Source: Dicyema japonicum
Taxonomy: Eukaryota; Animalia; Dicyemida
Direction: 5' to 3'
NCBI GenBank assembly: GCA_011109175.1
Contig: RDEW01000006.1
Coordinates: forward strand, 1,175,529 to 1,239,528
Length of the DNA: 64,000 bases
A model generated the notes under the pieces. The model saw nothing but the letters and a program-made list of their open reading frames with translations, was not told where the DNA came from and did not search any database. A program made the translations under genes and the position numbers. Numbering within the stretch: position 1 is the first letter of the stretch; the number at the start of each line of letters is the position of its first letter. Shown one piece after another: positions 12,019 through 24,720 of the stretch.

Positions 12019-13266
12019 CAGTCCGACCTCGTTTCGAGGCACACCCCGGCGGTGGGGCACCCCCGCTTTTTGGGGCATTTTTCATTTGGAGTCTATTTTC
12101 CAGCATTAATTTCCAAATTTGAAAATTTTCTGGGGCCCCAAACCGGGGCACCAGGAAGAGTTAACACTGAAGATGAGACTACTACAACATCAAAAAGACA
12201 TAAATTATTTGATCACAAAGTATTTGAAATATTCCAGAAACTCAGAGAACATAATTTTCCAATATAAAAATGACACCAAGAAAGTCATTTTTTAAAAGTG
12301 ATGAACAACCATCTGGATACTAACAATCCAAAGAAAGAATTACAGTATTTCTATGTTGCAATTATGAGGGTGAAAAACTTGAACCACTGATAATTGGGAA
12401 ATATAATAAACCTCGATGTTTCAAAAATTTTGATGTTGATAATTTGGTGTTTTATATTCAGCTTCCAAAAGTGCATGGATGACTGAGAACATTTTTAAAA
12501 GCTGGTTATGCAACCTAAACAAGAAATTGGTTATTCAACAAAGAAAAATATTATTATTAATCGATAATGCAGGATGTCATAAAATTATTGAATGCTACAA
12601 TATTGAATTCTTTTTTTTGCCTAAAAATACGACACCCTATACACAGCCATTAGATATGGGGATCATAAAAATATTCAAAAACTATTACTCAAATTTTTAG
12701 TTGAATTTTTGTCTTCGGGACATCGAAAGTGATCTAAAGAACGTCTTTCAAAATTAAATCTTCGTCAGGTTGTAATGCTAGTTTCAAAAAGTTGGAATGA
12801 AGTAACAGAAATTTCAATCACAGATTGTTGGAAACAAATTGAAAAATCGTGATGTCTTAAAAATTGATGATCGCCTAACTGATGAAATAATGACCGAAGC
12901 TTTAAATGAAATATTAACCGAGGCTGATGATGAAGAAACTATTGAATGCGACACTTTTATCTATAATGGAGATATAACTGAAAACGAGGACGTGACAAAG
13001 AAACACATTTTGGAAACTTTGAATACTCTGGAACAGAACATTTCCTGCATAACACTAAAGTCATTAAAAAATTCTACAAATTTCGATTGACAGTAATAAG
13101 AAACATCCGAAATGGTTACAAAATTGGAGAAAAAACAACCGATTACTTCGTTAAAGAGCGACTTGATAGATATTATTAATCATAAAATAAAATCTCTTAC
13201 TATTTTACATTTATATGTTTAAAATAAAAGATTTTAGAATGGAAAAGTGTAACAGGGGTTACACTG
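12019..13266 (+). mobile_element. Tigger/pogo-family DNA transposon, internally deleted
   Basis: TA-flanked CAGT...ACTG termini. DDE_1-like peptides SKERITVFLCCNYEGEKLEPLIIGKY and WMTENIFKSWL...LLIDNAGCH...FLPKNTTPYTQPLDMGIIKIFK. Confidence 0.9.
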
Positions 13267-14012
13267 TATTATTGTTTCATTATTATCACATTAATAGTTT
13301 TTAATAATCTTACAATTTTTATAAAGTTATTGGCAACTATGTCACGTGTCACGTTGCGACAAAGTTAGTGTGGTGCTATGTGGCTACGTGAATTGAAGAT
13401 TTTGTATTTGTTTTTCCTCTTCTCTTTTGTCTCTAGGAAGCTTGAATTGTTAGCGAATTCATTGGTTCACCATCTCTGGTTGCGCCAGATATAATCTTAA
13501 ATTAAATCCAAAAAGGACCATTAGTTAACAATTATCCAGAGGAGTTCCCCTGGACGGCACTTCCTTCAATTCAGAGCATTCGAAGATTGCTGAGGGAGGC
13601 CAGGATAACCTAAATTTTTTCGTTGTCTCTGACGGTGTATTTCTGGTTAAATAAAATTAATTCCTTTTTAAAATGGACTGTGAAAACTATGAAAATGGAT
13701 TTAAAACTACCCTCTTTATAGTTTTGTTCTAATCTCACAGTTGTACATTCCGCTGAAACCCTAGGTTTGACGCTATTGAATACTTCACCGAAAAACTGAT
13801 CTTCTACACGACTCATAATAATACTGTTCTTTAAGAAGAGTCATATCGCTCATCCCAGACAGGATACACACTTTATTTTTAAGCAAAGACCAGTAGTATT
13901 AAATATTCGAAGAGGAACCAAGAAATCAGAAGTCCTTTATAGACAATCCTGTTCGGCAATGAGACTGATGAATATTGTGAAAGTATAAACTAATTTAAAA
14001 GTATGGGAAAAT

Positions 14013-15751
14013 AAATTATAATTTATTGAACAACCTTTTATAATGAATATTAAAGAACATCGTATTTGTAAAGTTTTTGTACCACAACCACCTCAGCATC
14101 TCCTGAGAAGTGATTCCAACCTCTACTAAAGTAATCTCACTTGTCCTTTTATCAAACAAATATGTCCGGCTTGTTATGCTGTACTTTGACATCCGTCAAT
14201 TGCGTCGTATCGACTCTGATCTCAACATTCTCAGTTGTTACTATTGTTTGGACTGAGTGAGTCTTCAGTTTCTTTTAATATGTGATTCCATATTTACGAC
14301 ACAGGTTTAACTGAAGACATCTCACCACCTCATTGTGACGTCGTGTGTAATCACTATTTAAAACCTTATTGCATCTCGTTGCCAAATGATCGACTGCTTT
14401 TTTGGGAGATTTACAATGATTGCAATTCGATCCTTTTTCTTCAAAGAACAAATTTTGGTCTTGTAAAAGGAAATACAAGGTTTCGGCTCTTGGACCATTA
14501 TTCCCTCTTGCAAACCATCCCGAAGATGATGGGTCTTTTAAACATTTGACTAACATAGAATAAAGAGACTTACTGTTAATTTTCATCAATAACCATTCAA
14601 TTTGAACTTGTTTAAGTTTCCGTACATCCATTGCAGAGGAATTATCCCCGCGATCGTGGGCATATGTGTTTTCTTTAAATTGACAATCCGCAAAATTCAG
14701 CTTTCCTCAGACATACATTAGATTTTCCTTCCAAATCATGGAGGAATTGGAACAACATGCATCCACTTTTGAACACGATTGAAGTGAGTCCTCTCCCAAG
14801 TTTATCTCTTTATAAATAAAGCCTCTTTTTATTTGCAGGCTTTAAATGAAGTTTTATCTCATAAATAATACGTCAAACGTCAACATCAAAATCCTCAAAC
14901 TCATGTGGTTCAATGTTGATTAGTCCAATATAATAGTTGTAAAGTGACAGTGCGGATTCGTTAATGCTTTGAACATATTTACTGCATTCAACTTTGTGCT
15001 TGCCAAACCTTTGATTCTTTTTCTAACTTCATCGGCAATCTTTTCTAAAATTTCCTGTTTTAGAGTGTTACTCCATTTATCCTCCAGCACTCCAAGGTAT
15101 CGATAGTTTTCAGTTCCATCCAAATATTTTGCTTCCTTTGATAAACATTCAACATTAGTAGCCGACTTAATGTTTTTATTGAGTCCTGCTGATTCAAAAA
15201 ATAATTCAATGTCGTGCATCATCTTAATAATCGTGGCCTCTTTCTGGGCAAATATTTTTAGATCATACATAAAAAGCAAATGGTTAGTGGCATAGGTAAT
15301 CATCGATAGACTAGACTGGCTAATATGCATTGTTGAGTTTTAAATAGGAATTCATGACTGTCAAACGCTTTTTGGACGTCTATCCATGCTGAATATAAAG
15401 AGTTGTAAAATTCTTGGTTAATACACTGATTTATTAGCACCCTGACACATTTTTCTCGTTCCTAGTTGGATATCTGAAATTATTTGGAATGTGTCAACAA
15501 AATCACTTAGTTTCTTATTGACAAATTTTGTTATCAGTTTATATAAGTTCGGCATGCATGTAGTTGGTCGTAAATCTTTGATGCCTCACAATATTCCTTT
15601 TTGGTAAACGATGCGTTATCCCAGTATGACCAATCCCCTGGAATACATTTTCCATTAACAACATCGACAATCACCTTATGAAAATACTCATGCAATGCAT
15701 CAAAAATTATAATTTATTGAACAACCTTTTATAGTGAATATTAAAGAACAT
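14013..15751. repeat. 48-bp direct repeat (14013-14060 and 15704-15751) bracketing a LINE fragment
   Basis: AAATTATAATTTATTGAACAACCTTTTATA(A/G)TGAATATTAAAGAACAT, one mismatch between copies. Confidence 0.9.
14061..15703 (-). mobile_element. R4/Dong-like RLE non-LTR retrotransposon fragment, truncated at both ends
   Basis: NHLLFMYDLK (RT YxDD region), YRYLGVLED, CCHC zinc knuckle CNHC...VDHLATRC, YTRRHNEVVRC, and RLE HNKPDIFV...ITLVEVGI. Confidence 0.85.
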
Positions 15752-15961
15752 GTAAGTACTCTTATATTCAAAGTAAGGATTAACTGCTGTTTAATTTATA
15801 CCTTTAAATATAATTTAAACGTATATTTCGTAATGAGTTCTAAAGATTTAATTAAAATGGAAATTAAAAAGTAGTTTTATATATAAATTAGTCATTTTTT
15901 ATTCAAAGTTATTAATAAAATTTATGAAAAACTAAATTTAATAACAAGGGGGACTTTAGTG

Positions 15962-16859
15962 ATGGATGATATCTCAGAAATTCAGCATTTAACTTGATTG
16001 GATCTCGTTCTGAAATGGGAATGTTTTCTATTCAACAGAGACTTGATTTATTAAAGTATTGACTGACTGATGGATGTGGTTTTATTTGTAATGATAAAGA
16101 ATCTGTTAGGGAAGTATGTGGAAGTAAAATGTTAGTGGCTGGGTTATTGTGGGGGTGATGTTATTCAACTGTTGGAACATTTGGATGTGGAAAGTGATTT
16201 GGATGTAATTGATATGACATTAAATGTATTTTAAAGGAGAAAACTGATAATTTTATTGATAATAGATTTATCAATTTGATTGGGAATGAACAGTTAATAA
16301 TTGTGTTATTTTAGTCGATTGGTGGATTATACTCTCATTAGTGCAGAAGTATCTGTATATTGGCAAACATTGATTTAATTTTGTGGTAAAAGTTTACTGT
16401 ATGGTATCTTGTGGAAATGAAAGCGAACGAGAAAATGCTATTATTGACGTCATTGCTGAAATTAGGGGTTCGCAGTACTTGAATGAGGACGACATGTGTC
16501 ATCCTTGGACGTGAGGAAATGAGTGAACTAAAATTCTCTGTATTTTTATATTTAAACTTCACAGTTGGCTCAATTAAAAAAGTCAGTCTGACGAAATTTG
16601 GGAATTTCACAAAAATGGGAAGCTTGAGGAGGCTATGGAAACGAACGAAAAGCTGATCCAAGTGGAGGATAAAATAAAGGACATTGAGAAGATTATGAAT
16701 CCAATTGTGCTGGATGTGGAGGTTCTGTGTTATAATATAAAGGCTGTTGAAATTGAATCAATAGCTGTCTTGAAACGTTCTCTTGGAATATTTATACACT
16801 TTATGACAAATGCTAACAAAATACACAGTTCCATCTACAGTACTCTCACTTATAGATAA
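15962..16859 (+). other. Putative intron-containing host gene or gene remnant of unknown function
   Basis: Coding-like segments (GDVIQLLEHLDVESDLD; DEIWEFHKNGKLEEAMETNEKLIQVEDKIKDIEK) separated by 21-32-nt GT-AG intron-like stretches, e.g. 16722-16742. Several frame breaks and no recognisable family. Confidence 0.4.
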
Positions 16860-18189
16860 TTTGAAACATCATCTCCTCGTCGTCAAAATATTTAAACATC
16901 ATCTTCCTGTGAAACCTATTTCCATGTACCTGTGTTTCTGAATAGTGTCGAAATCGCACTTTGTTAAAAAATCCGTAACCATTTTCTTAATTGATCTAGA
17001 ATTTTCAAAAACGATGTGTTGCTATACATAAATAGGAGACGGACCGAGACAAGAGAAAAAGTGACCTCTGTAGTTGTATAGAGGGTAGAAACGGCAAAAA
17101 ATGGTGGTCCTTCATGTTGTATCTGAAAAGCACCATTAATTTCTCTTTTCTAAAATATTATAAAAATAATTTATTCTAGTGTGAAATCAGAGTCATTAAT
17201 TTTTTGAGTTTTAAAAATTCGATCAATTTTGAGAATTTTAAAAATTAGTGAAATAGCTATTTCAACCGTGGCAGAACTTGCGCTACAACTTCGTTTACAG
17301 TTAATCGAAAAATGTTAAAAAAAGATCCCCGTCTTAGTTTACTACAAACTCTGAATATGTCTTTGCATAACATGAGCTTTCTGAGTTCGTGACCTTATGC
17401 CCATTAACCAACAACGTGAGTCGAGTAAAAATGTTATTAGTAATTTTACTTATTGAAAAAATAGGAAAAATGTCAAAAAAGCATTTACCTAAAATAATTG
17501 ATAAGTAACCTGGGAAATTATAATCTCTTTGAGTCCCCAATTAATATTTTTTAACCTTTATGCTAATCTTACAGGGTTTCCACTTCATATTAGTCATTTT
17601 CCAGATCAATAAAGTCATTTTTCATTTTTAATTGAACCGTTTCCAATCCAATTAAGTCGTTGTCCACTTCAAACGAGTCACCTTCTCTTTAAATAATTCA
17701 TTATATTTTTTAAAGCAAAATTTTCAAAAAATTAAAAACCAAAGTATATGTTTTAAAAGAAAATTGAAAATTTAGACTTAATTTAGAATAATATGCAATC
17801 TTCTATACTCTAACTTTTTTAACATGTGTCTAAAAATTTCAGCACAATCGTCTCGAGACCTTCATTAATCAAATTAGGTTGACCTTAATAATAATTTCAT
17901 TTAAGCAAGGTATTTATGTTCAATTCCAGAGAGTTTTCAAAACACCAGGAGATATGACGTTTCTATAGATTATCCGCAAAAGACTGAAATTGTACTCAGT
18001 CTCAGCGAGAACCGCGGAAAATATTGACGAATAACTTTATTTAGCAATTCAAAGCATTAAGGAATTATATTTCTCGTCAATTCAAGATTCCCCCAAAATC
18101 ACTAAACTGTAGTGTAAATTACAGGATCTATGTTATAAAATATGTTTCAATAACACAAAAATATTTTATAATAAAAACACAAAAATCAA

Positions 18190-18950
18190 TCAAAAATGAT
18201 CCCCGTTGTGTTGCCTCTCAAGATCAACTGGATAAGGAAACGAGTCTAACGTTTGTCGTGGCTTTTCAGTGTAACCAGGAGTACCGGCTTCTTTATGATA
18301 CTTTAAAGCTGGATCAGTAACTTGTTCGTACCAAACTAAGATATCCTCTTTATATACAATTTCAAGCTCATAAAGGATCATCAATAGAAGTGCAGAACTC
18401 AAATAGAACTGCAGAACCGGGGCCAAGTGATGAAGAATTCGTTGAAATCGTTTTATAGGCGTCTCATTCTCAGACGTTAATCTCAAAAGGACCACGACAA
18501 TGATCTTTTGTAATTAGGACAGCGGCAGAACGCACGTTAGTCTATTGTAAAACATAAAATTACTTTAGTGAGTTCAATTCGATGATAAAGTTGTCCACAG
18601 TGATAATTGATTAGCAGCGTATCTTTTGATCGTTTCATGGGCTTCTGGAATTAAATGAGAGAAGTAATCTGCTATTTCACTTTTTCCTCATCACTATGGT
18701 CACTTTCCTTGATTTGAATTCCCCATAGAGAAGATGATATCAATTCATCCACAAAGTTTTTGTCATTGATTTTTACGCCACTACTCAAGACCACAACAGA
18801 GGAGGTTGAAGAATTTATAGGAATTTGGGAGTGTATCCCAAAAAAAGAATCCGATCAAGTTGATTGATGTCCATTATAACAATCGTCGTGACTAATAAAG
18901 TTTTTGAGTGTACTAAGGAAGAACTGAATCCAGCTTTTACCCCACAAAGT
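18190..18950 (-). pseudogene. EIF2B5: 3' fragment of eIF2B epsilon (W2 domain)
   Basis: SSLWGIQIKESDHSDEE, then EAHETIKRYAANQLS-VDNFIIELNSLK (cf. eIF2Be DNLVLEINSLK), then a 22-nt intron, then ILYELEIVYKEDILVWY (W2). Frame breaks are present and no N-terminal domain is visible upstream. Confidence 0.6.
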
Positions 18951-19221
18951 CGCAAATAATGAACAATCTTTAAAATTAAAAAACAATATTTTATACTTTT
19001 ATCAAATAGTCATTCGAAATTTTACGAATAATAATAATAACAGACCACGGTTACATAAACTAACGAATATAGCAACTTAAGAAAAATTATTTTTTAAATT
19101 AAAAAAATATATAAATAGTTTTTTATAGTAAAAATATCCATCTGATTTGAAAGTGAAAGCAACATAATTTTTTTTACAAATTAATCAATTTATTACTGAA
19201 AAAAGTGAGCAAATGGTCATA

Positions 19222-19265
19222 CAGCGGCCGCTCTGACTGCGTGGCTATTCCCTCTCAAGATGGGC
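19222..19265 (-). mobile_element. CRE-like retrotransposon 3' coding end fragment
   Basis: Reverse complement GAGAGGGAATAGCCACGCAGTCAG (LRGNSHAV) is shared with the copy at ~22960. Confidence 0.55.
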
Positions 19266-22200
19266 GTTGAGCCAGTGAACGCTCTCAGAAGATGCCTTTG
19301 TCACAAATAGCATTACGATATCAGATAGATGATACTAGCAGATCTTCAAAAGAATACCGGCATACAGCATCGTCCAGGCCCCGATGAAAGAACATGGAAG
19401 GTAGGGCAACATAATTAAAATTAATTTTAATCAAAAACGCTTAAGGCCAGGATATTTCATCTGAAAATAGTTCTTGAGGTACTCTCTAGAAGCAATCCAA
19501 TCTCACCTAGATTTTTGGTGATCCTTAGGATCCGACGGACTAAATCGTCCGTTTGTGCGACATGGATTCCTGCCATCTCAAAAGCAGAAGAGACTAGAAT
19601 TCCTTTTTACAAACGATTTGGATGTCCACAACAACTAAACTCCCCAAAACACAATTTGGTTTGCATAACCAGTTTTATGAGATTTCCAATTGACTCACCA
19701 ACCAAAAAAGAGGACTCAGTTTCTTCGCCTTTGCAACGAACAATTAGATCGATCTATTAGTCAGCAATAGAGCTGTTGGGTCTGTTAAGTGATGCGAGAG
19801 GAACAAATTTTTGCATTCTTGTGATAGGTAGACTGTATGAATGCCAGAAAGGGGTTGAAAAGTTAATTGAACACTCAATGTGCCATTGATGATAAGGCAT
19901 ATTGGGTCACTAGTATGGGTGACATCTTACTTGTGTTCTAGGGGTTGAATTGGAAATCAGTAACCATTTCCGAAAGTGTGGTTTATAAAAACATTAAATA
20001 CTTGACCATAGACTTCCTGAGATCATTTTTTCTAATCGCTGCTCTCGAAAGCCGTCAAAGAGACTCCCATGTCTAGTCCAGCTCTGAATGGAAGATATGT
20101 TCGAGATCTCCTTGCTTATCCTAGGCCATCAGGACTATCGTGAAAGTGGAAGATCTCTGGGAATGTCCTATCTTAGTAACGCCTTTCCTAATGCTCGCTT
20201 TACAAGGACACAAGTCCACCGAGAACAAAGAAATTATCCTGTGATGTGAGAAAGAGTGAATGGACCTTTTATGATGCCTTCCTGGACAGGTGGATCTAAT
20301 AACACACTCCAATGACAATATGAGAGTAAGGAGCGTAGCATGATGAGAATTCCTCAACAGGCTATACGCTTAAAAAAAATTTGCGCGATAACCAGAAAAT
20401 GGCTGGTCGAGTGAACGTTTGTAGGGATTTGGATCTTGTTAAAGTTATATTTGATGGAGTTCAGGTAAAGTGTGGGTTTTGATGGCTTTAGACTGGTGAG
20501 GTCATCCATAGTCAGGACTTCGATGACGCCAGTCTCGGAATGCAATCTATCGCAAGGAAGCTTTCAGACGCAGGATATGAACAACAGAACGACTATGAGT
20601 TTGTTACGGATGTCTCAAATGAGGAAATCCTAGCCGTTTTGTGTCCTCCATAATTTCTTAATTTACTTTAATTTCATGACTTTTTTTAAAATTTGGAGTT
20701 TTGGTTTTTATTACATTTTGTTGATTCCCGACAGGTAAATCTCTGGGACATCTTTTTGTGTCCTCATTGAATCCTCAACAGAGACACAATACCGCCTATG
20801 CTATCTTGCCAATATTCATTTGGCGCCCTTACTTCTTATTTTGTTAAACCCCCAACCAAGGGCTTAGGCCATATCATATCTCTATTACTCATGAAATCAA
20901 TATTAAGTTCATGCTAAATAGATGATGATCAATGAATAAAAATAGGTCAATTTAAGAATAAATTCAGTGACATTATGCAATATGGACAATTAATTCAGTT
21001 TCACATTCAAAGAAGCTAGACAAGACCTTGTAGTTACAGGTCAATGGAGACATGGATAGATTGTCCCCTAGATGTTTGAAAATTGAATGTGGAACGAGTG
21101 ACCCCATAAAATAAAGTTACATCAACATGAACAGAACATTATAAGGGGAATCATTTTAAAGTTTAACTCATAATAAGAATCTATTGAGGGATTGATTTTG
21201 CCCCCACAATCAGATAGGAATAATAAATTAACAAAAAATACAGACAATGTGTTGTAAACCTGAGACCGGTAGATTGGTGCACGTCCCGCAACCACTACCA
21301 AGCAAAATATTTGGTAGTTATGTGCTAAGAGGGAGAAGTCATTCCGTCTAGCCTCTTCGTTATTCTCCGCTACTGATCTTAATGAGTGTTAATGTTGAGT
21401 TTAAGCCTGATCCCAGCTTGTCCACTTATACAAAGAACGTTATGGAATCAGATAGAAAGTTCTAGAACTTTGGGTTCATAACTGTATACACTTTATCCAA
21501 TTTTTTATGCTTCCATATCAACTCCTTTTTTCTGGATTAATATAATACGTGAGATGGTCAGTGGTGGTTATCAAAGCAATGCTAAAGACAGCATACCGTT
21601 CACGGGCATAAGTTCACAGACCTTTCGTCGTCTAACAAATTACGATCAAGCTAGAGCTCTTACCCTCTATTTTTATAAGTGAACTAATGGGAGCCATCGT
21701 CATTGGCTCCGTCCTACTTAATAGCTGATGACTTCCTACAAGATAGTTAGACCGAGGTTACTTAACTTACTAACTAAAGACTCTTAATATTTCATGGTCA
21801 TGAGTCATGACAAGGCATATTCAACGCAGAAACTAGTAGCAAAGTCATCTTTCTCCATTTGCCTCTGTCATTCGCAATCTCACGTAGTCAATTCAGATTC
21901 TCTAGGATGCGTTTTTCAATCTTTTGAATGTCTCAGTCGATTTTTTCCATGAACAATCATATGTACTACGCTGAAGAATAAATTTGAGAGATAATTTTTT
22001 ATACACGAACAAAAGTGTAAAGCCAAATAATTTAGTGACCCCAGCTTCGAGTAATTCTCGGATTCTCGTCTACGGGTCCGCAAGCGATCCCACTATTTTC
22101 TTGAAGTATCTCTTCGATTATTTACAGAGGAATTAGATTCTTTCTTCAAAACTGCAAAAATTTTTATATATGGATAACTTTTCCACCAAGTGGGTATCCT

Positions 22201-22799
22201 GGTTCCTTACAAAAACACAGGAAGAAGTGAAACATGTGTATTTGATGATGGAAACTGATGAATTTAGCCGATAATCAATCATATACCGAATTAAGTTCTA
22301 CTGGACCACCAGTGGGAGAGCTATCCATATTGGCAATTATAAGATTGTCCCCATAAAATAGAAGTATGGTATTACGGTCTCCAATTGCTGGAATATCGTT
22401 AAAAACAAATCAAATAGAATCGAAGACACAGGTTCTTTATGGGACCCCGTTAAAAAGTAAGTGTGATTTTGAATTTGTTTCCTTGACGCGAACTCTTCTG
22501 CGTCGGTTTTAAAGAAAGTCTACAGCCGCGTTCAGATGTAAATTTGATACAAAAATCTTAGTCAAGAGTGGTTTGAAGACAGAGTCGGAAACCTTCTGTA
22601 TATCGATTGATACTATAGTCGTCCTTAAGTGAGTATACCTATTGAAAACCATCCGTGATAAATTAGGGATTAGAGCTTGAGTCATGGTATATCGTCCAGC
22701 TTTAAAGACCTGCTGGAACCAGGGGATTAGCAGAGGAAGATGGATTAGGATCGGAATAAGACTAATAAACAAAAATAAATTGAAATAAGATTCTTCAGC

Positions 22800-23010
22800 A
22801 CTTTCGCCTGTTGGACTTATTGTTCAAGGAGAATAGGCGAGATACCGTCGTAACTCCTTTGACGGTGGAATTCCTGGGTCGTCTAGGAAATCAGATTTCT
22901 ACACGCACATGAGATTTACGTGAGTGCTGCTAATTATTTGAGCGATTTTCGCTTGCTATTCTGAGAGGGAATAGCCACGCAGTCAGGACGGCTACTGTAT
23001 CACTCCAGGT
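22800..23010 (+). mobile_element. CRE-like retrotransposon 3' fragment
   Basis: The C-terminal peptide FSLAILRGNSHAVRTA matches the CRE-clade RLE C-terminus seen at 48764-49315. Confidence 0.6.
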
Positions 23011-23032
23011 AAATTGTTTCTTTTACATAATA

Positions 23033-24173
23033 CAGTATGACCTCTATTTGGGGCACCTATTTAAAAAAATGCCCCAAAATCAGAGGTTTCCCTAAAAATG
23101 GAGGTTCGGCATTTTCTTTAGATTTATCCACAGTTTAACAATTTAAATTTGTTTTTTATTAAATTTATAGATAAATAATGTTTTTTTTTGTATAGATTTT
23201 TCAGAATTATATTAAAAACAAATTTATTTAACGATAGGAAAATAGTCTGTTAATTTCCCTCCGGTTGCGGATTTTTTCATTTGCATTCCTAATTTTTTTC
23301 TGAAATTATAATAATCTTTCAAAACTTCAGGAAACAAATTGAAAATCTTCATCTGAAGTTACAAATGATTTTGATGTTATTCTTTTAATGTATAATCCGT
23401 TTCATCGCAGTTGAAAATATTTTCAATGCCATAGTTACTAACATAGTCATCGTACTTATCAAAAAAAATTCCAAGGCAAGAAATATCACACGAATTTTTT
23501 TCACCACTTATTGTCTTAAATGAAAAATTGTGTCTTCTTAAATTTTTCAAGCCAACCATTCGAACCTCTGAATGAAGTATAGTTCAAATTCCTAGCTACT
23601 TTTATAGCAATGTTTTTAAGAATTGGTCCTGAAACGGGAATAAATTCTTCCCTTGCTTTAAAAAAGCATTCATAAACAATTTTATCGAATTTCTGTGACA
23701 GACTGTTTTTTCTCTGTGAAATTTGACTAAGACAATTGTACGAACCCATTATTTATAAAGTTCATATAATTTTGTTTAATTCTAGATACTGCTCCTAAAC
23801 AATAGAATTATCAGATAACCTTTACTAATTTTATACTTTTTGACAATATCTCGTTTGCTCATGAAACAATTTTCGTTAATTTCTTGGGCAATTTTAAGCT
23901 TTAACTCCAGAGTAAGCTTCCTCCCCATGACAACAAAAACGCAAATCTAGCACGCGAAGTTTAAGAAAATTTTATAGTTAAATTTAATATTAATTGAAAG
24001 ACTTTATATAAATTAAAAAAATTAAGTGCCCCAGTAAGAGGTTCAGGAAATTTCCAAATTTGGAAATTACTGTATAAAAATGATCTAATTTTCAAACTGC
24101 CCCAAAATCTGGGGGTGCCCCAAAAATAGATGTGCCCCAATGAGGAGGTCCGTCCCAAATGGAGGTTGCACTG
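23033..24173 (-). mobile_element. Tigger/pogo-family DNA transposon (second subfamily), internally deleted
   Basis: TA|CAGT...ACTG|TA ends. CENP-B HTH peptide FIPVSGPILKNIA...FRGSNGWLEKFK. IFNCDET (first D of the DDE motif). Confidence 0.88.
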
Positions 24174-24179
24174 TATTAA

Positions 24180-24720
24180 CTTTTTATTGATGGTTTGAAG
24201 ATATTTTCTCAAGAGGAGATAACAATTATTAGAATGATGGAACACATGAAGTCTTTTTTAAATCAATACTTGAGAAAAACACATGACATATCGGCTACTA
24301 ATCTGGAATGCTTATTGAAGGAAGCCAAGTATTTTGATGGAACAGAGGAGTGTTATAAGATGAATAGAGTAACATTCTAAAACAGGAGATTTTACAAAAT
24401 ATTGCTATAGATGTTAGAAAAAAATAGAAGGTTTGGCGCATAAGAAAGCTGAATGCAGAAAAGATATTCAAAGCAATAAATGAATACGCATTATCACTTT
24501 ACAATTACTAGATTGGACTGATCAACATCGAATTATATGAGTTAGAGGATATCGATGTCAAGATTCGTCGTATTCTTTGAGGTACGATTGCATATGAGAT
24601 CCGCGAACGAAGAAAAGCTATACCTTCCTAGATATAAACTTGGAAGAAGTTTAGAATCAGTCGTGTTTAAGAGTGAATGCATGCTATTTCAATTCCCACG
24701 TGAGGAAATATATGCGCCTT
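24180..24720 (+). mobile_element. R4/Dong-like LINE RT-thumb fragment
   Basis: SATNLECLLKEAKYFDGTE, KLNAEKIFKAINEYALSLYNY and LYLPRYKLGR are paralogous to 14920-15330. Confidence 0.75.

Noticed and set aside
13340-13530. Solo LTR starting TGTCACG
   Set aside because: No matching TSD or convincing CA end, and no second copy in the window.
15990-16200. Alternative genetic code (in-frame TGA/TAA read as sense) here and at 60200-60720
   Set aside because: The well-supported genes (polycystin, LEM, Atg4, CD2BP2) translate with the standard code once introns and single-base errors are handled. The stops here are better explained by decay or wrong frame.
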